A stretch of DNA of 64,000 bases from Geosiphon pyriformis uo1 (Eukaryota; Fungi; Glomeromycota), in assembly GCA_016748015.1 (NCBI GenBank), contig JAAOMT010000479.1, forward strand, positions 709,824-773,823, given 5' to 3'. Below are positions 11,730 to 22,685 of the stretch, in pieces. The notes beneath the pieces are model-generated. The model saw nothing but the letters and a program-made list of their open reading frames with translations, was not told where the DNA came from and did not search any database. Positions within the stretch are counted from its first letter, which is position 1; each line of letters starts with the position of its first letter. Both the position numbers and the translations under genes were made by a program.

Positions 11730-12155
11730 TATTCTTTCTGTTAATCCGAATTCTTATATCTTTCTAGCTGTTATTCCTAGTTTTTCTTTGTTTCTTACTG
11801 ACACTAATTGAGCTATTTTTACCAGAAGTAGGAATATTGCCTGTGCTATTTTTTCATTTGGATCTATGATATATGCTTTTTTTAAGTCATTTTGTAGCAT
11901 AGCAATAATATTTTTTACATATCCTGCATCAATTATTTCTCCTCTAATGTTGATCCTTTTTTTTACTAAACTACTCCTGGATGCTAGTTAAACCATTGTT
12001 GTTGCTGGAATTTCCAATGCTATTTTCAGATTGATACAAGTGCGTAAATGTGGTTTCAATATGATAGAATTTTTCCCCAGATATCTCAGATCAAATTCTG
12101 CATCAGTATCATGTGTGTGTTTTGGCATGATACTTTCACTATTATCATTAAACTA
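11730..12155 (-). pseudogene. dut: Element B dUTPase domain
   Basis: Manual translation gives TDAEFDLRY, LASRSSL, IIDAGY and EKIAQAI, plus an eroded motif V. Colinear with the A dUTPase. Confidence 0.88.
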
Positions 12156-12389
12156 TTTAAGTTCCTGTTCCTTGGTAAGATCAGGAAGTGCAATATATGT
12201 TTCGGAGTTTGAATTGGAGTTTGAATCTGAGTTAAAATTATTGCTATTTTGAGCAAAACTGGAACCATTATTTTCATCATCATCATTGTTGGAGTTTGAA
12301 TCAGGATTGAAAATTGATTCTAATTCTGATGTGCAGTTGCTGATTGGTTTTTCCTTTTTGGGGATCATGTAGATTATGTGGATCAGTGA

Positions 12390-13020
12390 ATTCACATTTA
12401 TTACAATATTAAAAGTCACATGGGATTATACAATGGTCACATAGTCTTGTGTTTATTTCTTCCAACTATTGCTTTTGTTCCTTTCTAGTGGGTGCTAATT
12501 CCTGGTAGTGTTCATAGAATTGTTTTGGATCTAGGAGGTTTATAACTGGTTTTGGGTCTTAGTCAAGTTTTATGGGTTTAGGTGGGTTATTTTTAATTGT
12601 TTTTATTTTTTCTGATGATGCCCCTTTAATTTTGGCAAGTGCTATTCACCAGATTTCATCATTGTTGTGTGGACATCCATCTAATCGTTTGACTACACAT
12701 CTCCAAGTGGTGTCTATAGGTGTTCCTTTTCTTACCCAGTTGCTTATAAGAATCATGTATTGACACAATTTGTCGCATGTTTTTCCCCTCCCAGAAATGT
12801 TATTCCACATTCCTTCGTCAAGGAGAGTTTCCCCACAAGCCAAGCACAGCTCATTATCCCATTTTCCCACTTGTTTTGGTCTTCCAAAATGTTTTATAAT
12901 GCATAAGCAACAGTAAAACTTGGTTGCCATCTGGTATTCCTTATCATCATCACAGCAAGCACTCATTAATAACAATTTCTTGTTACAATCAATGCATACC
13001 AGTTTTGGGCAGTAATAAAC
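12390..13020 (-). pseudogene. Element B Cys-rich module between protease and dUTPase
   Basis: CIDC, CCLC, GKWDNELCLAC, CDKLCQY, LCDHCIIPCDF.YCNKC; matches element A. Confidence 0.8.
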
Positions 13021-13339
13021 AGATTGCTGTGGTATGATGTAGGAATTATAAGTGGTGGTACTGGTGGATATTGATTTTTTTTCCTTCTCCTTTTTTTTTT
13101 TTTGTCTTTTCTTCTCATTCTTAATTTATTAGCTCTTCCTGGTTGTCATTGGTTCCCCAGGCTTGGTCAAAATTTCAGGTAGATTCTTTTTTTTTTTTTT
13201 CTTTTTCATTGTTGCCCTACAAAAATACCAGTGGTAACTCATTGTGGTCTTCATCAGCCCACGAAACTTGGTATGCTTCCCAGATAGGTTTCTTCTTTTC
13301 TTCCTTGAACTTGATAAAAAATGCTAACATGTTGGGTGT

Positions 13340-13730
13340 TTTGAAATAGCCACATATGGCTGGTACCCATATGTGTCAACCATTCTGGCTGAGTTGAAGC
13401 TCTTATATGTTCTAATCAAGCATTGCATTAGTTTTGGACAGCCAGTTATTGCCAACAAGTGCTTGATATTGAATGGTTTCCATGACTAATACTTTGATTG
13501 ACACAATAATACCATTGATTTCTATAGGGAAGTCATCAATCTTGCCAATCAGAGTTTTGGTCATTCTATTAGCTGTGATAATTCATATGCTGGCAGCTCG
13601 ATCAACTTAGTGACCTAATTGGTCTATAAGTTGTCTTGTGATAATACTGCCAGCTGATTCACTGTCTAAGGTTAGTTTGATTGAATAACCATCAACTTTG
13701 GCATCAGTGTACATAACAGTAATAGGTTTT
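13340..13730 (-). pseudogene. Element B aspartic protease
   Basis: IKLTLDSESAGSII (DSG>DSE), then ALVGNNWL and VPAICG. Confidence 0.85.
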
Positions 13731-16095
13731 TCTTTGAGAGCAGCTCCACTAAATAATGGCGTGGCTGACAGTTCTTTGAGTTTAAATGGAAAAATAGTGT
13801 CCAGTGATTTGTTCTCAGTAATGGTAGCTGGTAGAATGTTGCTGGTAAGTGTTGCTTGTTGATTGGTTTCCGGATTATTGGGTTGGGTGTTTTCTAAGAT
13901 AACTAGGAAACTTAAATAATTTTGAGAACTTAGGTTTTGAGTATACCTAGTTCCTAATCTCCACTGTTGTGATCCAAATGGCTGGTTGGATGAACTGGGG
14001 ATCAGTTGGTGAACAACCATTGCCAATCTCCAGTTTTGGGTGACTTTGGGGTTTTCTGATGTCATTTGAGCTGGGTTGGATGATAGTATTTGAACTGTGA
14101 GTGTTTGATAAATTATTTATGGCTGCAGTAGTTGATATATTATTGGTGACCGCAGTTGATAAACTGGAGGTTGATATATGAATAGTTAATATATTGGCTG
14201 TTGTGTCATTGACAGATAAGTTAGTTGATATGGTGCTGAGTTGGGTTGGTAACTCGGAATTGGAAACCAGCAATCAGGGTTTTGATATTGATTTCCCAAT
14301 CATTGGTTTTCTATTTTTAGCCTACAGTCAATTCTTAAATGTTCTTGTTTACTACAGTAGTGGCAAACATGCATCTCTTGCTGTTACTGTTAATTGTTCA
14401 AAGAAGATAGATGTGACTGATTCTGGAAATGATTTGCATTTCCTTGGATATTACATCATTGTGAAAGTTGATAAATTATGTGATTGTTAGCTAAATATCT
14501 CTCTAATTTCTGATTAATTGAGTCACTAAATTGTTTTAATTTGGAATTCAATTTAGATGATCTGTTTATTATTAAATTCATGGCTTAAGCATGGTTGGCT
14601 TCAAGTTCAGCTGCTTCAAAATCTCTGGCATTAGTAACTGCAGCTTGAAGGTCTGCTGGATGCATTGGGCATACACATTGGAGGATGTTACTGCGCAGAC
14701 CTCTAATAAATTGGTTTAGAATTTGTGGCACTGTAAAATAGTCAGCCTGGATTGCTTGAATTTGGCATAGATTCTTATAGAAGTGTTCTAGATAAGTAGT
14801 GACTGCTTCATTTTCCCCTTGTTTGATAGTGGTGAAAGTGTTTGCTAGCCGATTAATACTATTATTATTGCTGAAATATTGTAGAAATGCAAGCTTGAAT
14901 GTATTAAAATCCTGAGATTTGTTAGCCAAGCTTTGATACCATAAATTGGTGGTATCCTGAAGAAAGTAGAGAATGGCCTACATGGCTCTGGCATCATTCC
15001 AACTGTTGGCTGCAATGGCTTTTTCTACATTGTTTAGCCACACTTGGCGTCATTCTCTTTGCCAGTGAATTTTTTAAGTTTGATGATAAGAGCATATGCT
15101 ATTGGTGCTATGATTTGTTGTTGTGGTGGTTGGTGGAGTTGTTGTTGCAGCAGTTGAAGTGGCTGTTGTGGTTGTTGGAGTGGTTGAAGTGGCTGCTGTT
15201 AAATCAGTTCAATAATCAGTTCAATTGGTGGTTGATTAATAATGATTACTAGAAATAAGTTTTGCTGATTAATTGTTTCGGGGTTTCAATCGTCCTGATT
15301 GTGCTGTATTTGAAAATTCAGAGTTTCAACTTCCAGGTTTTTAGTGATCAAATTCTGGTAAGTAAATTCTTGATCTTCAGATTCTTTTTTTTTTTTCTCT
15401 TCTGATTCTGTTATCTCCCAGGGACTTGCATTTCCAAAATCTGGTTGAGGTGGTAGTGATTGGAATTCTAATGGCATTGGCAATTACAATTTAAATCCTT
15501 CAAAATAATCGCCATAGGTTCCTAGTAATTCTGCTTTCTTTTGTTTACTTTGAAATGGTAGTTGTCCAAATGTTGATATTGCATGTAATGTGGACGCACC
15601 TGTTGATGAGATGTTGATGGTGCTTTCTAAGATGTAATGATATGATAGATTTGTTAGTGATTCAACTCTGGTTTTTTTCCAAGTAGGTAGTTGTATTTGT
15701 TTTGGTATCACTACTGGTGTTTGTAGTCTTCCCTTTCTTTTGTCTACATAAGTAATTGGGAATTATTGTTGTGTGTACCTTTCAATGGTTTGATTAATTT
15801 CCCTAATGATTGGTGTGAAACTGTAGTTTCTTGGTAAGCTGGTATGTTGAAATAATTCTGTATAAAAATTTTTCCTTGTGGATTCAATGTTAACTGTTTC
15901 TCCTAAGCAGTCTGTGATTTTATTGTTGATATAGAAGTTAAAGACAGATTCTGCTGGGAAGTGGTTATTGTTTAGTTTTAATTGTTGGCTGTATTGTTAG
16001 AACAAGAATTTGGCGAATCTTAAATGGTTTGCTCTTATGGTTTCTGATTCTGCCACTTTTGGATGATTGCTGTTGGTGCTGGTTCTCTGCAGGAT
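13730..16095 (-). pseudogene. Element B gag (long N-terminal extension, capsid, CCHC knuckle, Q/P-rich linker)
   Basis: Retrotransposon-gag motifs FKLAFLQYF, IKQGENEAV and QFIRGL (14585-14929). CHYCSKQEHLRIDC at ~14323-14364. Start codon not identified. Confidence 0.85.
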
Positions 16096-16101
16096 TATAT
16101 T

Positions 16102-16116
16102 TCACAGAAAGCACCA
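16102..16116 (-). other. Primer-binding site of element B (TGGTGCTTTCTGTGA)
   Basis: Begins TGG 2 nt after the 5' LTR end; complementary to a tRNA 3' end ...UCACAGAAAGCACCA. Confidence 0.8.
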
Positions 16117-16118
16117 AA

Positions 16119-16963
16119 TGTTACAGATGATTATTTGGGGTCTCAAATCAAATAACAAATCTGTAACTTGGTGCTTGGTTGGTATTTCAGTATTGATATC
16201 TAAAGATGTAGTTTATCTGAAGGTTTTTTTATGGGGTTTTTTGTATAATAGACAGAGATTTAATTGATGGTTTTATCCATAGCTTTCCAAAACTGCAGTT
16301 TCATCAAATTTTTTTCTTAGCATGGTGGCCGGTAATTTTCTTGGTAAGCTATTCTCAAATCTATGAGTGTTCTACCCTTGTTTCACGGGTCTTTTACCAG
16401 TCTCTATGATGTCTGTAATTCAGTGCTTAATCCTTAATCAATTTAATAAAACCAAAGAAATAACAAAAGAAATAAAAGAAAATAAAAGAAAATAAAAAAT
16501 AAACAAAAGCAATTTCAAGTTAGTATCCCGTCAATAGCCATAATCAAGAGCTATTGTTCCAGTGTAGTTAAGTATCAATTACTATTAACATAGAGTGTTG
16601 ATAGTAGAGAGTGGATTGAGATAGTAAATAATTATTTATTAATATTTTGTGAATTAGAAGGTTGCTTAGATGAAATCTAAACTGGAAGGTCTGTTTTTTT
16701 TACTTCTAATGCTATCACTATATATACATAATTTGGGTTTTATAAGATTGCTCACATTCTCGGGTAATATGCTATAATTTCTCAAGCAATACTCATATTG
16801 CTGAGCAATATGCTATATTTTTTAACATTGCTCCACATTGCTGAGCAATGTGCTGTAATTTCTGACATTGCTCTATATTGCTGAGCAATGTGCTCATGTG
16901 TTAACTACTACTTTCTTATTGGTTTACTATTTTTCTATATCTGTTTTCTTTGTATGAGTAACA
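16119..16963 (-). repeat. 5' LTR of element B (845 bp)
   Basis: Direct repeat of 6937-7781; roughly 90% identical over the ~335 bp I aligned by hand. Confidence 0.97.
16750..16893 (-). promoter_or_regulatory. U3 array of 4 palindromes CACATTGCT-G-AGCAATGTG, 40-bp period, upstream of TATATATA (also at ~7570-7712)
   Basis: CTGAGCAAT at 16801, 16841 and 16881, with a variant at ~16760. TATA-like box at ~16718-16726 on the element strand. Confidence 0.72.
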
Positions 16964-16967
16964 ACAG

Positions 16968-19330
16968 AAGACATACAAAAATCAACCAACCAGAAACTTT
17001 TTCCACTGTAGACACATGATAAGCCAAAGAATTATTTATGATTATAACAACTCCAGTACCAAAAAAACCTGCATTCAAACCAGAAGTAAAAACCCAAACA
17101 CTATTAAACTTATTCTTGATTTATGGCCTAATATTAGATCTCAATTTTGTTTCTGTAACAATCAAAACCATGTTTCTTGCTTTCATATGCCAACAAACAA
17201 CATCATTTTGCTTGGCAAAAACATTAACACTCCAAACATTACATGTAGCAAATTTCCAAACCAGATTACTTATTAAGAAGTAAAAAAAGCTAATAAATTC
17301 AAACTAGAGCACAAATAATTCAACCTCTCCAAAACTAATTCAACTGATACTTCTAAAGCCACCAACTTAAATTCCAATCCACTCATCTTGGTGGTCAAAA
17401 CCTTAGAACTACTTGAGCTAAAGTCAACAATTATATTTGCAATAACTGAAAGAAAAAAGATGAAAAACATTAATATATTATTCAGAGCCATATCTGAATC
17501 CAAATCAGAAGCCAAAAATGCTGGAGTAACCAGAGATAATACATAAAACTTGGATGTTAGGAGCACCAATTCTACAAAGCTCAGTTTTTTCATAATAACA
17601 GGAACTTGATTCACCAAAAGCTTCAAAAAGTGGTCCAAAAAAGCCAAATAATCAACCAAACAGGAATCACTAAGAGGATTGAAAACCATTGGAATGAGTT
17701 TCACACCCAAAGACAAACCAGGACCAAAAAAATCTGATAAAATTACATAGGATGAAAAACCACCAGCAATTTGGGCCCAAGTCTTGTCACCAAAAGAAAC
17801 TGAATAAGCAATAGGCACCTGCTTTTTTTTATAAATGTTGGCTAAGTGGACACAATTCTGAAAAATTACCATCCACTTACTATGACCACCAGGATTCTCA
17901 TCTACTGCACAATTAACAGATATATGACCAAATTGTTTACATCGAGCACAACAGACCAAAGAGAGACCAGTCCAGTGCAAATTCACACCCTTAAACACTG
18001 GAGTAGAGCCAATAGCAGCCAATTTGGATGCCTTATTTTCAAAACACACTATAACACACTTATCATGCATATATGAATTTGGATTATGGCCAATGATGCA
18101 AGTTTTTCTATCATAAAAGACCAACAAATCAGCTAAATCATGAGCAATAGTGTCAATTAGAAGTGTATACAACAAAGCTTAATGCTAATTTCTGGATATC
18201 CATATTTGTTTATTATCAATGGTTTTTGCCACACAAACAGAATTCTATAAAAACAGACCATTTAACTATAACCAAATCAGCTATCTCAGATGATTTATAT
18301 TCTACCAAAGCCTTTTGCCACAGACCAATCAATTGTAATTTGATTAAAACAACTTTATCAAATTTTGAAAAGACTAATTTTACAGCTGATTTAGGAAGAT
18401 TAATTGGAATCTTCTTAACAATTACTTTTTAATCTAATTAATTGTTTGGTTTTCTAATATTATCATTCACCAAAATTTTTTCACCAATAGCCATTTCTTT
18501 GGCTTTGATTAAACTAAATTTGGAAGTAAAAAAAGATCTAATAATGTCAGAAAATTTTAAAAAAACAGATGCTCTTCCAAAACTGTCAACTTGATAAAAA
18601 ATTTTTTTTACAATAATTAACTTATCACTAATAGTATTGTTAGATAAGGCAGATAACTTAATATTCAATGCAAATGACTTAACTAGATCGAAAACATGTT
18701 TTTTCAATATATGTAACCTGACAGAGTACAACTTTTTGAAGTCTGCAAACTTAGAAGATGGAAGAGCCACTATATTTTTATTATTACTTAAAATGTCAAA
18801 TAAAGGAGTTTTTGGGAGTTAACTTAATATGTATATGTAAGTGCATATTTTTTTGGGTGTAGTATTATCCTTCATGTCATTAACCACTAAAGCATCTAAA
18901 TTAGCAACAGTATTTTTCATGTTTTCTAAATCCAACAGACCATTTATGCAATTTGCTTTGCTTTCTATTTTGCTATTCCAAGATTTTGAAAACTTATCAT
19001 CAATGTTACCAATATTGGCCAGGTTCAATGAGCCAGCAGATGAGTCAACTACATTGATGCCAACTTTAGAATTCTTAGGCTTTTTGTAGAATACACTGTG
19101 AGAGTACACATTATTTACTCTCTTCTTTTTGGCATTAGGCTGGTTTCCCAATCCAGCAGAAGTAGATCTAGAACTATTAGCAACAGAACTTGTCAGTTCT
19201 ATGTTTACGAATAAAGGTATGTCTGAAGAAATAGCTGAAAGTATAAAAGAAATAGAAAGTAGGAACAACTTTCTCTTTGGCAATATCTTGCTCTTGTTGT
19301 GATTGGAGGATCAACAAGAGAAAGAAAGTT
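16968..19330 (-). mobile_element. LINE 5' part: ORF1 (fragments 18819-19283, 18438-18770, 17273-18175, with CCHC knuckle) and start of ORF2 APE
   Basis: CARCKQFGHISVNC knuckle; ORF2 N-terminus WKFATCNV...VTETKL. Removing B and one TSD restores the frame ...CLLFKNKFLVLVLDLY into 6918. Confidence 0.92.
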
Positions 19331-20369
19331 TTATTATAAATTTAATTGTAAAATAACTAATAATAATAATATATAATAAAATAAAATAAAATAAATAATA
19401 GATTATAATTAACAATAAAATAATATAAAATAACAAAAAAAATAACAAGTTTTTAAAAGTTATTTTATAAAACTAGAAATATATATATATAATTTTAACT
19501 TAAAAAAAAGAGCAATTAATTTTAAAAAAAAGAAAAATAATTTTTTTTAAATTAATATTTAAAACTTAATTAAAGTAACTGAATTTAATTCTTAAATTAT
19601 TATTTTTATTCAATAAAATTTATATTAAATCCCAAATTACATAAATTAATCTTATATTATTTTTAAAAAATTTTTTATTTTTTATTTTTAATATTAAATA
19701 TAATTAGCATAATATTTTCAAATTTTTTTTATATATTAGACTAATTATTTTTGATTATAGTAATTAAAAAAATATTAAATTTTCTTATTTTAATATTTTT
19801 TTTGTAAAACTTTTTATTCAAGCAAAAATTATAAATAATATAAAAAATTATTCAATTATAAAATAACATAATAATAATCTTAAATAGATAATAATTTATA
19901 TAACAGTAATTACCAAATAATATTAACAGCAAATATTATTTTATAATAATAATAAATATTATAATATATTAACAACAAATATTATTTTAATATTATTTAA
20001 ATAATAAAAGAATATTTAATATTAAATAAATTTTTAATTAATAAAAATATAACAATAAAAATTAAATTTTTGTTATAAATTTATTGCAAAACTTATTTGT
20101 ATTTAATTTTTGAATAAAATTATTATTTATTAGCTAAATTTATTAAAAAAATAATTTTTAATTAAGATTATTTATATTATTACTAATTAATAAAAAACTT
20201 TATTATTTATTTAAAAAATATGTTTAAAATTATTAATATTTTTTGTTTTTAGATTAAAAAAACACTTTAAAAAATTGCAAAAATAGTTTTAAAAAATATT
20301 TTAATAACAGTAAATAAATTTTAAATTGATATTTAAAACAATAAAAATTAATAACTTTAATAAAAAAGC

Positions 20370-21080
20370 ATAGACAGTTGCCAGTTGTAGTTAGGAAAAG
20401 GTTATATAATAAAGGCTATTCTGGAATGCTGTGCTTGCTGTGTAATAAGATAAAAGTGTCTGATTATGCTTTTATGTATTCTGGTGACATTGGTCTGTGT
20501 GAGAACATTTTGGTTAAAATTATTAAAAGATGGGTTTCATTGACAGGTCCTTCTTGTTTGTTTTTATCTTTCATTTTGCATTCACTTTTATTATGTTCTT
20601 TAAATGTAGATCTATACACTACTATTTGTAAAGACTTTGTTTTAAGGAATTGATATGTTGAAGCTGTTTTGTGCTTTGAAGAGAAAGAAAGAACTGTTTT
20701 AGTTCTTATTGATTATATCAAGTTTATGGTAGAGCTACATTGTACTAAGATATAACTTATTAGATCCAAACATAGAGTAGATATAGAGAAAACTAGTTTA
20801 GTCAAAGATGATAGTTTAATTTTGGGCCTGTCTTTGTGTTTGGTGTCTATATTATCTAATAGGGTGGTTCATATGCTTAGTATTATAGAATCTTTTACAG
20901 TTAGCTTTGGTAGACACAGGATGTGTCATTTTTTTTTGGTTTAGGTAGTGACATATGTGTTCACATAAACATGTAGTGTAATCTTAGTTGGCCCAAGTGG
21001 CTGGCCATATATAGTAAGTGTGTAAACTACATTTAGTTTGATCTACTTAGTTTGGTTTTATGTATTAAATAGCAGTTGGA
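20370..21080 (+). mobile_element. Second LINE fragment: ORF2 C-terminal Zn-finger region and 3' UTR
   Basis: LPVVVRKRLY..YSGMLCLLC...SDYAFMY is an eroded CX2C...H...C motif of LINE ORF2; TG-rich codon style matches the other LINE. Confidence 0.7.
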
Positions 21081-22685
21081 CTTTATTTGTTAAATGCATA
21101 ATAAAATAATAATAAAAATTTTTAATACAATAATTATAATTATATATAATTAAAATTAAGAAACTTATAAAAAACCAATTATAATTATTAATATTAAATA
21201 TACAAAAAACACTTTTATAACACCAAAAGTAACATAAACAAAACATTAATTATTTAATTATTATAATAGGTAATTTAATATTATAATAGTCTAAAAAAAA
21301 AACATATTTTAAAAAATTAATTTTGTTATAAATTATAGCTTATTAAAAAAGTAAAAAAACAATATTAAATTTTATTAATTATAATTAAATAGTATAAGAT
21401 AAAGCTAAATACAGACAAAAAATAATATAGTTAATATATTTATATTTAGAAAATTTTAATGTTTTTGTTATTTATAAAAAGAATTTGATAGATAAAAAAT
21501 TAGCAAATTTATTCAAAACTTTTAAATTAAACAAATCTTTAAATATTATTTTACTTAAATAAAATATTTATAATAATAGTTTAATTAAATACTAATTAAA
21601 GCCAATTTTAATAAACACATTACTATTATTATTATTTAAATAGAAAAAAAAATCATTGTTTATAACCAAATTTGAATTAAATATTATAGTTGGTATAATT
21701 ATCATAAAATTAATATAAATACTAAAAATTTTGATAAAGTCAATGTTTTATTTTTTATAAAAAGAAAAATAAACTTTAAAAAATAAAATAAAACTTTAAA
21801 AAACACCAAGAGAAATTATTTTAAAAAAGTTAATTGTTTTAAATATAAGAAAAAAAAAGATTACTTTTTTGTTTCTTTGGTTTTTTTAGTTATTTGAACA
21901 AATATAAAAAAAACAAAAAAAATAGTTTTATTATCAATATGTTATTAAAAGTCTTAAAACTCTTTGTAACAATAGTAATTACATTAAAACTGGTTTTAAT
22001 TGTTTCTTTAAAAAGAACTTTTGAGTGTTAAAACTGGTAAAAAAAAGATTAAAAATAAAAATTACAACTAGTCATAAAAAGAAAGTTTTTATTTTTTTTA
22101 TAAACCAATTTTTTTAGTTTTTATATTGATTTTAATTATTTTTTTAGTAATATGTTAACCTTTTAGATTATCTTAATTCCAATTTACTTTCCGATTGTAA
22201 AAGAAAGGCTAATCCTGTAAATATCAAGGTTTCATTTAATAACCATCTTTAAATTTTATTCTATAAATATTGCTAATGAGAACAGATTAAACACTAACGA
22301 GAATGTTTTCATCACTGTTTTCATGTTTCCTTTATTTATTCCTTTTGAACAAAAAGGATACATGCAAGGTGATTTGACGAAGCACTTTCAAGTCAAACCT
22401 TAAGATTTCTCTTAACATCCTCTCTTTTATTACATAACTAACTAAAGATAAATTTAATCTCAATCTTTCCCGATACGTTTACTACTTGATGAAAACTTTG
22501 AAAAAATGTTTCAGTTTTGATAAATATGTGGAACTTAAGTACAAAGATCAGTTTTTTTGTTTCCCCTAAGATTGTAAGAAGAAAATAGAGTCTTACGTCG
22601 ACGAATTTATCTTTCGCCGAGTTGAGAATAATAATCATGACGAATTTAGACTGTTCACGCATTTAAAACAATTGTCGAGATTGGT

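Larger units (their letters stand above)
6937..16963 (-). mobile_element. Full-length Ty3/Gypsy-type LTR retrotransposon B (10,027 bp), degenerate, inserted in the LINE
   Basis: Two 845-bp LTRs, TSD ACAG (6933-6936 and 16964-16967), PBS, PPT, and gag-PR-dUT-RT-RH-IN homology. Confidence 0.97.

Noticed and set aside
13947-14273. Overlapping Ser/Thr-rich ORF suggesting a programmed gag-pol frameshift
   Set aside because: It is the alternate frame of the Q/P-rich Gag linker; a decay indel near 14190 explains it and I saw no clear slippery site.
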